A stretch of 23,430 nt of DNA from a virus (lineage: Duplodnaviria; Heunggongvirae; Uroviricota; Caudoviricetes). Below are positions 15,678-23,430 of the stretch, piece by piece. The number at the start of each line of letters is the position of its first letter. Position 1 is the first letter of the stretch. The notes under the pieces are model-generated. The model saw nothing but the letters and a program-made list of their open reading frames with translations, was not told the DNA's origin and searched no databases. The stretch covers positions 1 to 23,430 of the IMG/VR virus record IMGVR_UViG_2671181100_000007. One strand, 5' to 3'. A program made the position numbers and the translations under genes.

Positions 15678-18373
15678 TATTTAATACGCCTCCCCCGATA
15701 TACTGCATTGAGTGAGCGTCCATAATCCTCAGTAGGGTTAATTATCTGAGAAGTGAAATAGTGCTTTAGCCTTTTCTCTGATTCCCTCATTTGCTGATTT
15801 ACCATTTGCATAGTGGTATCATCAGGTTTTCCCGAGAAATTATTATGGAATTCTGCAACTAGATGTTTACCCCCGAGAGTTCTTTGTTGACGAACTTCAT
15901 CGAGGGTCGCATCCAGTTTTGCAGACGTTCCAGCGGTAGTTACCCTTTCTCCTTTTTTCAATAGCCAAGTCCCCGTCTCAGGTATTTTATCAATACCATC
16001 GTGAGCCATACCGGCTAAAGCTGATGCTGAGATAGCAGCAACAAGAGGGGTAGTGACACCAGCAGCCGCAGCCAGTGCTGCAGGTGCCAGACCCGGACCA
16101 ACTATTGGGATAGCAGCGGTGGATGCATACGCTGCAAGTTGGGCCTGAAGCGCTGTAGCCTGCGCATTAGCGATCAACGGAGCAACAGCGGTTGCCTGAG
16201 TGGTCTTCCCAACCAGAAGCTGAACGCCCTGATAAACCAGCCACTGTGCGGCCAGTTGAGCCAGCGTCTGAATAACTGTCTTACCAAAACCTTCAACCAT
16301 GTTACTCAGGGCATCGCCAGCATCTTCAGACTGAGTTGCAAGGTCATATAACCCCTGCTGGAGATTGCTTGTTACTCCTCCGAGCGCAGTATTGGTTGTA
16401 TCCGCAGCGATCTGATTGTAATTGGTGGCCATGTCAGCATAGTTTTCCCATGACGACTGAACGCCGGCCAACCAGTTATTACGCATTTCATCCTGTGCAG
16501 CGTAATAACCCTCAAGTGCGGAAAGCTCTTTCTGATACCCTTCATCTTCCAGGCTTCCACCCTGATTTTTCCATCCCTGCCTTAATTGCGCCCTCTCGCT
16601 ATTACGTTGTGCGTCCTTGTCACTTAACCCAGCACTATCTGTCAGTGCTGCAGTCTTTTCCTGCATCTGAGTAACATATTTTAACGAGTTATCCTGAAGC
16701 TTATTCAGACGCTCCTGAGCAACAATCTGATCGCCAAGTTTCGCATTAACCTCAGCCTGCGCCAGAACCTTATCCTTGCTGGCGAGTAAAGATTGTTCAT
16801 CTTTACTCAGTGCGCGTGTTTTCGACGCCTCTTCTATAACCGCGAATTTTGACTGTAAAGACCACAAATTTTTACGTTGCTGACTGATGGTATCGTTAAG
16901 CCCCGTATGCTGTTGCAGCAACTTTAACTGCGTCATCAACTGCAGGGTTTCGGCATCAGTCTGATCAGAAGAACGATCACCAGCAGAAACTTTAACGCCT
17001 TTTGGTTTCGGAGTTTTTTTTAAGGTGGCCTCATATTCTTTCTTGGCTGCGGCCATATTGATGGCGTAATCAGCCTGTAGGATATGTCCTTCTTTCAGAG
17101 CTTTATTTAATTCATTCTGCCTGGTAGTATACTTTTCAAGCGCAGTCTGCGATTTAGCATAATTGGCTTGTGCTTGAGCGGCATATTTCTGTTTTTCAGA
17201 TTCTGCCTCCGCTTCCTTTTCGGCCGCTGCTGCGCTGGCTTTGGCAATACCTGCTTGCTGCTGCGCCATATCAAGAGCCAGTCGGGCCGACTCCCTGTCA
17301 TTCCAGAAACGGGCTCTGGCTTCATCGTTTACATAGCGATCATTTTTCCTGAGATTCCAGATGTCATCAGCCTGCTTAAAAGCTGATTGCGCCTTGCTTA
17401 CCATCTCCTCTGCGGTATCAGGCCGCCCCAAATCCAAAGCAGCATCCCACATGGATTTAAACGCGCGTTTCAACGAATCAGCAGAGCGCTCAATCGTCCC
17501 CATGTTATCGATCAGGCTCTGAGTCTGGATGTTAAATCCCTTCGTCGCCGCATCATTAGCCGCCTGAAGTGCAGCGGCTTCATCTCCTGAACGTTGTAAC
17601 TGAGCAACGTAATCAATCTGCTCTGCTGTCACATTATGAAATTGTTGCGCCATCGCAATCAGGCCGGACGTCGGGTCGTTGGTCAGTTTCCCGAACGCTT
17701 CCGCAACCTTCTCAATGGGGATACCAGATGCCGTAGAAAATTTTGCAACTGACTGGCTTAGGTCATCAAAACGCGCACCCGCCCCCACACCAGCATTAAT
17801 TAATGCAGTCAGAGAATCAGTGGTTTGATCAAAGGTGAGTCCTGCTTGCTGTCCCGATTTTGCCAGTGCCAGCATTCTGTCGGTGGTCAGACCAGCCGTG
17901 TTACCTGATAGCGTCAACGTCTTATTAAAATCGGAAAGGGTTGACGTTCCCTGATAGAAGATATATCCAATTCCGGCACCTGCGGCGGTCAAAGCTGCAA
18001 CCCCAACGGCCAACGGACTTACAGCTCCAAGTAATCCTCGAAATGTTGGAATCAGGCCACCAAATGAGTCTTTAACCTGACCGCCTTGCTGGAGCAAAAT
18101 TAGCCATGGGCTTTGCCCACCAGCTAACTGAGTTGCGACATCAGTAAGCTGCGCAGGCAACATGCGCATTGCATTATTGTATTGGCCGATTGAAATACCG
18201 GCACGTTTTGCAGCACGCTCCTGCCGCGTGAAAGCTGCGGTTACCTGGGCTGTACTGTCGTTCGCGGCTCTACCTAACCCGCTCAGCTGCTTATTCAGAT
18301 GAGCAACTTCCTCATCAAATTTTGCGCTATCGCCGTCAATTTTAACGACCAGATCACCCACTGGCTGGGACAT
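15677..18373 (-). CDS. Tail tape measure protein (lambda gpH-like, 898 aa)
   Basis: N-terminus MSQPVGDLVV...RAGISIGQYNNAMRMLPAQLTDVATQLAGGQSPWLILLQQGGQVKDSFGGLIP is near-identical in pattern to lambda H as recalled; long coiled-coil middle; follows G/T. Confidence 0.9.
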   Translation of the reverse strand: MSQPVGDLVVKIDGDSAKFDEEVAHLNKQLSGLGRAANDSTAQVTAAFTRQERAAKRAGISIGQYNNAMRMLPAQLTDVATQLAGGQSPWLILLQQGGQVKDSFGGLIPTFRGLLGAVSPLAVGVAALTAAGAGIGYIFYQGTSTLSDFNKTLTLSGNTAGLTTDRMLALAKSGQQAGLTFDQTTDSLTALINAGVGAGARFDDLSQSVAKFSTASGIPIEKVAEAFGKLTNDPTSGLIAMAQQFHNVTAEQIDYVAQLQRSGDEAAALQAANDAATKGFNIQTQSLIDNMGTIERSADSLKRAFKSMWDAALDLGRPDTAEEMVSKAQSAFKQADDIWNLRKNDRYVNDEARARFWNDRESARLALDMAQQQAGIAKASAAAAEKEAEAESEKQKYAAQAQANYAKSQTALEKYTTRQNELNKALKEGHILQADYAINMAAAKKEYEATLKKTPKPKGVKVSAGDRSSDQTDAETLQLMTQLKLLQQHTGLNDTISQQRKNLWSLQSKFAVIEEASKTRALSKDEQSLLASKDKVLAQAEVNAKLGDQIVAQERLNKLQDNSLKYVTQMQEKTAALTDSAGLSDKDAQRNSERAQLRQGWKNQGGSLEDEGYQKELSALEGYYAAQDEMRNNWLAGVQSSWENYADMATNYNQIAADTTNTALGGVTSNLQQGLYDLATQSEDAGDALSNMVEGFGKTVIQTLAQLAAQWLVYQGVQLLVGKTTQATAVAPLIANAQATALQAQLAAYASTAAIPIVGPGLAPAALAAAAGVTTPLVAAISASALAGMAHDGIDKIPETGTWLLKKGERVTTAGTSAKLDATLDEVRQQRTLGGKHLVAEFHNNFSGKPDDTTMQMVNQQMRESEKRLKHYFTSQIINPTEDYGRSLNAVYRGRRIK

Positions 18374-19087
18374 AGCGAACTCCTCCAGGAATGCTTTCGG
18401 CTATCGACATAAGTTGCTCGTCTGAATCCAACTCACTTTCTCCCTCACGTTTTGATAACAAACTAAAATCAAGGGAGGTAATTCCGTGTTTATCCGGATC
18501 GGTGAAGAGACTGACAGCAAGATAACTAAGATTGGCAAAATGAGAGTCCAGGAGGTCGTCGCTAAAACAATTATCCTGGTAATACTCAATCCATTCGAAC
18601 CATTCAGAGGAAGACATTTCCGAAAGCATTGCGCGCCAGTCTGGCCGTCCAAACTCCCTGGCTAATCGCATAGCAAAGCGACGTGAGCGGGTCAGGACTT
18701 TTCCAAATCTGGCTCTTCCTCTTCTTCAGTTTTCTCAGTGTCATTATTAACTGGTGGGATCATCCCTGAAAGCATACGCACAAGTAATGCAGCGCTGCCC
18801 AATAACCCTGGTGGATATTTTCGTATAATTTCAGGGAAAATATCTTTCCCTTCACGTTGCTCTTCATCAGCCTCGCTCAAGGATAATGCAACGAGCATGG
18901 CCTGATCACGCATAGTCAACAAGGTGGCCAATTTAAAGTTTTCTTCAGGTGTGCTTTCCTCTGACGGTAATGACTTCCTCTCTTCAACCATAAATTCAAT
19001 ATATTGCATTCTACTGTAAGCCGATAACTCAAACAGTAAAATATTCTCACCATCGGGATTTAATGTGTCTTTTTTAAGATAAGTCAT
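18354..19087 (-). CDS. Tail assembly chaperone G-T fusion made by programmed -1 ribosomal frameshift near the 3' end of G (window 18698-18726)
   Basis: The T ORF (MRLAREFGRPDWRAMLSEMSS... like lambda gpT) is in the -1 frame relative to G; that frame is open across the last ~11 codons of G; candidate slip heptamer GGAAAAG at 18698-18704. Confidence 0.65.
18692..19087 (-). CDS. Tail assembly chaperone (lambda gpG-like)
   Basis: 131 aa, acidic C-terminus (TEKTEEEEEPDLEKS), between major tail and tape measure genes; resembles lambda G. Confidence 0.8.
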   Translation of the reverse strand: MTYLKKDTLNPDGENILLFELSAYSRMQYIEFMVEERKSLPSEESTPEENFKLATLLTMRDQAMLVALSLSEADEEQREGKDIFPEIIRKYPPGLLGSAALLVRMLSGMIPPVNNDTEKTEEEEEPDLEKS

Positions 19088-19129
19088 TTCATTACCTTTC
19101 GCGGTGCCTTAGCACCGCTGACGAATATA

Positions 19130-19612
19130 TTAAGGGTTAGTCGAAGCGTTATCTTCAGCCAGAGAAGGTTTACCTTTATTGGTGATTTGTGCACTACGGG
19201 TAATAACTTCGTTTCGTGAAATAGTCTTACCCAAACTATTTACCCAGCCGGTGAAAACATCAACTGCCCCATTTGGATATTTAATTTTGTAAGATTTTTC
19301 ATCACCACTCATAAACCAGTCAACCAGATCCTTCTGGCCAGATTCACCAGGTTTCCAGGCAAGTGTTACGCTGGTTTGACCGGCTGACTTAACACCCTGA
19401 GCTGTTGCATCCCAGTCAGGCGCATCATCATCAATATACGAATCATCATATGATTCTGCAGTCAGTTCCCCAGGTGTTAATTCCTTAACCTTTGCCGTTC
19501 GTGTCCAGCCGACATCACTTAACGGATCATCGTAGGGATCACCAGTTCCGGTATAAATCCAAAAAGTTGTCCCGGCACCTTTCGTCGGCGTGGTAGGTGT
19601 TGGAGTTGGCAT
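19130..19612 (-). CDS. Major tail protein (lambda gpV-like N-domain, without the C-terminal Ig-like domain)
   Basis: [59 protein letters not shown]... closely parallels lambda V as recalled; 160 aa. Confidence 0.85.
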   Translation of the reverse strand: MPTPTPTTPTKGAGTTFWIYTGTGDPYDDPLSDVGWTRTAKVKELTPGELTAESYDDSYIDDDAPDWDATAQGVKSAGQTSVTLAWKPGESGQKDLVDWFMSGDEKSYKIKYPNGAVDVFTGWVNSLGKTISRNEVITRSAQITNKGKPSLAEDNASTNP

Positions 19613-19619
19613 ATAGTCC

Positions 19620-20018
19620 TCACATAATATAAGTCAGGGAATATTGGAGATCGGCGGAGCCCCATGTAGTGGCTTCATCGTCACGTTGGTAGTCGTACCC
19701 GGCAACGCTGATGGTTTCAACGATACTGGCAAGCTCAGGAACGTCAGCCATGGCCGGATAGATGCGGGTTTCCATCCATTTATCCAGCTCGCTATCGGTA
19801 GCAGTTGCTTTAAGGAATACTTCAATGTGAAGGACAGCCTCCCACTCTTCCTCATCAATACTGCCGCCCGTCGCCTTTGCATCAGTAAGATATACAGCGA
19901 CCGCAGGTAACTCTTCTGGAGCCAGGAAAGCTGGCCGACCGTCATACCAGAATATTTTTCCGGAGTTGATTGACTTCAGTTTATCCAGAACAGCTTTTCG
20001 TACTTGCGGGTGAATCAT
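19620..20018 (-). CDS. Tail terminator protein (lambda gpU-like)
   Basis: 132 aa; RKAVLDKL...FWYDGRPAF...[11 protein letters not shown]...LHIEVFL...[15 protein letters not shown]...GYDYQRDD...[10 protein letters not shown] is collinear with lambda U. Confidence 0.85.
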   Translation of the reverse strand: MIHPQVRKAVLDKLKSINSGKIFWYDGRPAFLAPEELPAVAVYLTDAKATGGSIDEEEWEAVLHIEVFLKATATDSELDKWMETRIYPAMADVPELASIVETISVAGYDYQRDDEATTWGSADLQYSLTYIM

Positions 20019-20566
20019 TTTGTTACCAGCCTTATCTGATTTTTGATCGCAGCCATCATTTCTTTTGGCATATCAGATGCCATCAGTTTGGGAAGTTCTT
20101 CTTTGAATGCAGCAGTCAGGGGGGTGGCCAGAGGTACTTTCACCACTTCTACCGGGTAACGAGATTTACTGGTTCGTCGAAGAACATGCCAGCGACCATT
20201 ATTAAGCTGTTGCACAAAAGCACCAGGGAAGCTGAAATTCCCAATCTTCAGAACGCTTCCAGAACTACCGTTGTCGCGCTTTCGTCGTGAAAGTTGAACT
20301 CGTACTGGCCCCAGCTTTATCGCCGGGAGGTTGCCGCGATTTACCCGGATGGTAGCCATTGGTTTTTTAGGGCTTGCCCGTTTAAGTTTGGCGCGCTGCA
20401 TGACCAGTTTTCGCTTAACCTTAGTCTCTTTCGCCACTCGCGTAGAGCTGCGGCTGATTGCCCTTCCAGCCACCCGGTTAATGGACTGGGATGTCGCCCG
20501 AGGAATGGCATTTTTACTGATATTGCTCAGGTTCTGCCTGAGATCTTCCAGCCCTTTAATCGTCAC
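20015..20566 (-). CDS. Tail completion protein (lambda gpZ-like); GTG start with GGAGGT SD
   Basis: VTIKGLEDLRQNLSNISKNAIP...RVAKETKVKRKLV...LKRA...GAFVQQLNNGRWHV is collinear with lambda Z; the ORF-track N-terminal extension (to 20770) overlaps the upstream gene and lacks an RBS. Confidence 0.8.
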   Translation of the reverse strand: MTIKGLEDLRQNLSNISKNAIPRATSQSINRVAGRAISRSSTRVAKETKVKRKLVMQRAKLKRASPKKPMATIRVNRGNLPAIKLGPVRVQLSRRKRDNGSSGSVLKIGNFSFPGAFVQQLNNGRWHVLRRTSKSRYPVEVVKVPLATPLTAAFKEELPKLMASDMPKEMMAAIKNQIRLVTK

Positions 20567-20849
20567 CTGTGACCTCCTCAATCCAGATTTGCGGCTTACC
20601 ATTAAAGAGGAGCCATCGGGTAACGGTGTAAACCTGACTTTTATAAATAACCTCATCTCCCCGCGCCGACTGATAGCCAGCGCTGAAGATAACCAGGTTA
20701 ATCCCATCCCCCGCGACTGGCCCCAGCTCAGGCAGCAGGTGACTTTCAACAGCAATATGCTCATCGCCATTAATAGTCACCGTTCTGCCCAGCCTTTTCG
20801 CCGTCAGTTCATCCATTCTGCCAGCCATATTGTCAAAGGCATTAGCCAT
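20556..20849 (-). CDS. Head-tail joining protein (lambda gpFII-like); start taken at second ATG
   Basis: MANAFDNMAGRMDEL... resembles lambda FII (MADFDNLFDAAIARADE...); position between the capsid-associated gene and Z. Confidence 0.6.
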   Translation of the reverse strand: MANAFDNMAGRMDELTAKRLGRTVTINGDEHIAVESHLLPELGPVAGDGINLVIFSAGYQSARGDEVIYKSQVYTVTRWLLFNGKPQIWIEEVTGDD

Positions 20850-21168
20850 TGATTTTGACTTCCAGGACGGTAACGCCTGCCGCAGCATCCTCCCAGGCAG
20901 TCCCGGCTAACACCGCATCGGTGTCATCCAGCTGAACATTTCCAGCTTTGAGATATACCTTTTCCCCGGCGGTCACGGCATCCGTTGGCAACTTAGGTAA
21001 AAGAAAGACACCTTCAGCGAATCCGTCGCCTACATCACCCGGCTGAATATCGGTAATTGCAACCGCAATCATCCCGCCTAAAGAAACGGGTGTACCGCTG
21101 AGAATTTCCTCGGTACCAGAATTTTTCACGGGGATGGTTTTGCCGTCTTGCACATAATTTTTAGCCAT
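20842..21168 (-). CDS. Small capsid-associated protein (DUF2190-like; possible head decoration/cement protein)
   Basis: 108-aa Gly/Ala/Val-rich ORF immediately downstream of the capsid gene, a conserved position for this family. Confidence 0.55.
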   Translation of the reverse strand: MAKNYVQDGKTIPVKNSGTEEILSGTPVSLGGMIAVAITDIQPGDVGDGFAEGVFLLPKLPTDAVTAGEKVYLKAGNVQLDDTDAVLAGTAWEDAAAGVTVLEVKING

Positions 21169-21248
21169 AACGTCTCCTGTCAGCCCCGCAGGGCTGATTT
21201 CAGGTATAAAAAAAGCCCTTCCGGGCGTCGTTTTCAGAACTGTAATGA

Positions 21249-23144
21249 TTACTGGCCGCTGGATTTCACCAGGCCGCGGTAATCAAGCGGCGCCACACCA
21301 GCATCGATACGAACTTTTGTAGCGATACCGTCAGTGGTAAACCCTTCCTGTTGATCAATGTAAGGAGTATCAACACCATTCAGATACGCAACTTCGATGG
21401 TGTCCGTCCCTTTTGCCGCCATCAGATACCAGGCTTTTGCGTCAGCTTCGTCAAGGCGGGCCTCTGCAATCACATCTGCAAAATTCTGGATCGGGTTAAT
21501 AATCCCGGCGTTAATATCCGCCCCTTTTACGCTCGCTGATTTAATCGTCTGGTTAGCCAGTGTCTCCAGCGCGACCGGCACCAGCATAAATGCCGGGCGG
21601 ATGTTCAGAGATCGTTCTCCCTCTTTCTGCAGGCGCATCAGTTTACGGGCATCGTCCAGGCTGCTGACGGAAATAGCACCGGTGGACAGGTTCTTGTGGT
21701 CTGCATGGAATAACGCCTTACCATCTGAGAGTTTTGGATTTTTGGTCAGAATGGCGTAAACAAGGTCACCGATAGTCGCCTTAGCGGCACGGCCCATTTT
21801 CATCGGAACATCTGTGAGCTGGTTCAGATCATCATTAATGATTGCCTGGCGAGTGATGGAAAAAATTTCTCCGTAGGTGGCTAGCGCGATGGTTTCCCCT
21901 TTATCGCCGGTAGTCACATACTTATATTCAGCGCCTTCGCGAACCTGCCGCAGAGACGGGAATCCGCCCATCCCCACACGATGCGCTGTCTTAAAGTCCG
22001 ACAACTGGCCTTTCTTTGTCCACTGCTCAAAGGTTTCTGCAGCTTCGTCCCAGCCCTGCAAAATCGATTTGTTGGCGACATCAAGAAGGATGTTGCCAAA
22101 ATCAGAGGTGCTGTGCGTCAGCGCCAGCCCTACCATCTGCATCGGGTTATAGCTGGATACGCCAATTCCCCGCTCAGTCAGGGCCATGCGGGCATATTCA
22201 CGCAGGGTCATGCCGTTGTAGACATTGTCACGTTCCTGATCTTCAAATCCGGCACGCGCCATCAATGCCTGGCGAATACCATCGGCGACAAAATTACCGT
22301 TACCTGCATGAATATGCGCTGGTGTGGTTTTCGCCGATGGTGAAGCATCTTTACCCAGCAGCGCCAGCAGTTTGTCTTTAGCCTGATCGACAGAGCAGTC
22401 CATATCTGCTACACACTGCGCCTGCAGTTCGGCGTGTTTACCACCAAACATCGCAAAGAGGTTGTTAATACCATTAACGCGATCCTTTTGCTCAGCGATT
22501 ACCTGAGCACGAATGGTGTTTTCGTCAATTACGGAAGGTTGGCTCACCACCGGCTGCTGCATTTGTGGTTGCTGGGGATCGCGTTGCGTGGTAGCTCGCG
22601 GCGGCGTTAACATGTTGCGAATATTTTTTGGCATCTTTTCGAAGTCCTCAATACGTTTAGACTGGATACAGGCCATAGCCTGAAGAGAGGGGGTGACCTG
22701 GTCGGCAAAACCCATAGCGACGCATTCTTTGCCGTCCATCCATGTTTCATCTTCCAGCATCGCCGCTATTTCATCGGGGCTCTTACCCGTTTTCTCTGCA
22801 TAAGCAGGGATCAGAACAGACTCAACCTTGTCCAGAAGCTCTGCGTAGTCACGCATATCGTTGGCATCGCCACCAGCAAAGCCCCAGGGCTTATGGATCA
22901 TCATCATGGTGTTTTCAGGCATGATGACCGGATTACCTACCATAGCAATGACAGAGGCCATAGACGCGGCCAGACCGTCGATATGAACGGTAATTGACGC
23001 ACCATGATGTTTAAGAGCATTAAAAATGGCGATGCCGTCAAAGACATCGCCACCAGGCGAATTGATATGAAGATTAATATGGGTCACATCACCAAGCGCT
23101 TTAAGGTCGTTAACAAACTGCCGGGCGGTCACGCCCCAGTAGCC
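21249..23144 (-). CDS. Prohead protease (ClpP/S14-like) - scaffold-like linker - major capsid protein (HK97 fold) fusion; 5' end truncated by the IS insertion at 23145
   Basis: N-terminal HINLHINSPGGDVFDGIAIFNAL...MASVIAMVG...MMIHKPW matches ClpP-type prohead protease blocks; Gln/Pro-rich linker; C-terminal ~350 aa with capsid-like character. The frame stays open upstream of the GTG at 23132 into IS-derived sequence, and the conserved block before ..GYWGVTA is missing. Confidence 0.8.
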   Translation of the reverse strand, partial: GYWGVTARQFVNDLKALGDVTHINLHINSPGGDVFDGIAIFNALKHHGASITVHIDGLAASMASVIAMVGNPVIMPENTMMMIHKPWGFAGGDANDMRDYAELLDKVESVLIPAYAEKTGKSPDEIAAMLEDETWMDGKECVAMGFADQVTPSLQAMACIQSKRIEDFEKMPKNIRNMLTPPRATTQRDPQQPQMQQPVVSQPSVIDENTIRAQVIAEQKDRVNGINNLFAMFGGKHAELQAQCVADMDCSVDQAKDKLLALLGKDASPSAKTTPAHIHAGNGNFVADGIRQALMARAGFEDQERDNVYNGMTLREYARMALTERGIGVSSYNPMQMVGLALTHSTSDFGNILLDVANKSILQGWDEAAETFEQWTKKGQLSDFKTAHRVGMGGFPSLRQVREGAEYKYVTTGDKGETIALATYGEIFSITRQAIINDDLNQLTDVPMKMGRAAKATIGDLVYAILTKNPKLSDGKALFHADHKNLSTGAISVSSLDDARKLMRLQKEGERSLNIRPAFMLVPVALETLANQTIKSASVKGADINAGIINPIQNFADVIAEARLDEADAKAWYLMAAKGTDTIEVAYLNGVDTPYIDQQEGFTTDGIATKVRIDAGVAPLDYRGLVKSSGQ

Positions 23145-23430
23145 GTAAGCGTAAACTGACCGCCGTATGTAGCCATCAGACGAGAATTGGTAACTTAGAC
23201 GCCCATCTGATATAGACGGACATCTAAGTATGGAATTACAGGACTGGCGAAAAGAACCTCGTAAAAACTATTCGAATGAATTCAAACTTCGTATGGTGGA
23301 ACTGGCATCACAACCTGGAGCTTGTGTTGCACAGATTGCACGTGAAAATGGCGTCAATGATAATGTTATTTTCAAATGGCTCAGGCTCTGGCAGAACGAA
23401 GGGCGTGTTTCACGGCGTCTTCCGGTAACG
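23145..23430 (+). mobile_element. Left end of an IS element (IS66-family-like: terminus GTAAGCG..., orfA about 85 bp inside); continues beyond the window
   Basis: Abrupt loss of prophage coding at 23145; terminal sequence GTAAGCGTAAACTGACC; HTH-type transposase accessory ORF starts at 23230. Confidence 0.55.
23230..23430 (+). CDS. IS transposase accessory protein (OrfA/TnpA-type HTH), partial (runs off window end)
   Basis: MELQDWRKEPRKNYSNEFKLRMVELASQPGACVAQIARENGVNDNVIFKWLRLWQNEG: typical IS OrfA pattern (R/K-x-YSxEFK ... G.SVAQIAR..GV..N..FKW). Confidence 0.6.
   Translation, partial: MELQDWRKEPRKNYSNEFKLRMVELASQPGACVAQIARENGVNDNVIFKWLRLWQNEGRVSRRLPVT

Noticed and set aside
20567-20770. 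N-terminal extension of the gpZ-like ORF (ORF track 20015-20770, 251 aa)
   Set aside because: The extension overlaps the upstream FII-like gene in another frame and has no RBS, whereas GTG at 20566 has a GGAGGT SD and begins exactly where lambda Z homology begins.
1-23430. CRISPR arrays, rRNA genes or intact tRNA genes
   Set aside because: No short regularly spaced direct repeats, no rRNA-like conserved stretches, and the only tRNA-like sequence (1006-1027) is a 22-nt stub.

Overview
The window reads as an enterobacterial (E. coli-like) chromosome at the yfdC/argW integration hot spot, followed by a composite acquired island. (1) 1-933 is the host FNT-family transporter gene (YfdC-like); 1006-1027 is a 22-nt 5' stub of tRNA-Arg (argW-like) where host sequence ends. 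(2) 1.1-4.3 kb is an accessory patchwork, mostly minus strand: a LexA-box-controlled two-ORF cassette whose second ORF carries the UmuD/LexA S24 signature; an XRE HTH regulator plus ImmA/IrrE metallopeptidase pair whose peptidase frame is split at a C8 homopolymer; a truncated tyrosine-recombinase-like fragment; and decayed direct copies of a serine-invertase 3' end. (3) 4.3-11.25 kb holds the most interesting feature: a Gin/Pin/Hin-family invertase gene (frameshifted) beside a ~6.3 kb segment bounded by inverted 54-bp repeats that contain 26-bp gix/hix-like sites. The sites sit immediately upstream of the start codons of two oppositely oriented tail-fibre cassettes, so inversion would swap whole fibre genes under the fixed late operon. 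(4) 11.28-23.14 kb is a siphovirus late-gene block on the minus strand: J-like tip protein, NlpC/P60 protein, two minor tail proteins, tape measure, G and G-T, V, U, Z, FII-like, a DUF2190-like protein and a protease-scaffold-capsid fusion. (5) From 23145 an IS element (IS66-like) begins and truncates the 5' end of the protease/capsid gene. All homology statements come from reading the translations against remembered family signatures; no database search was run.
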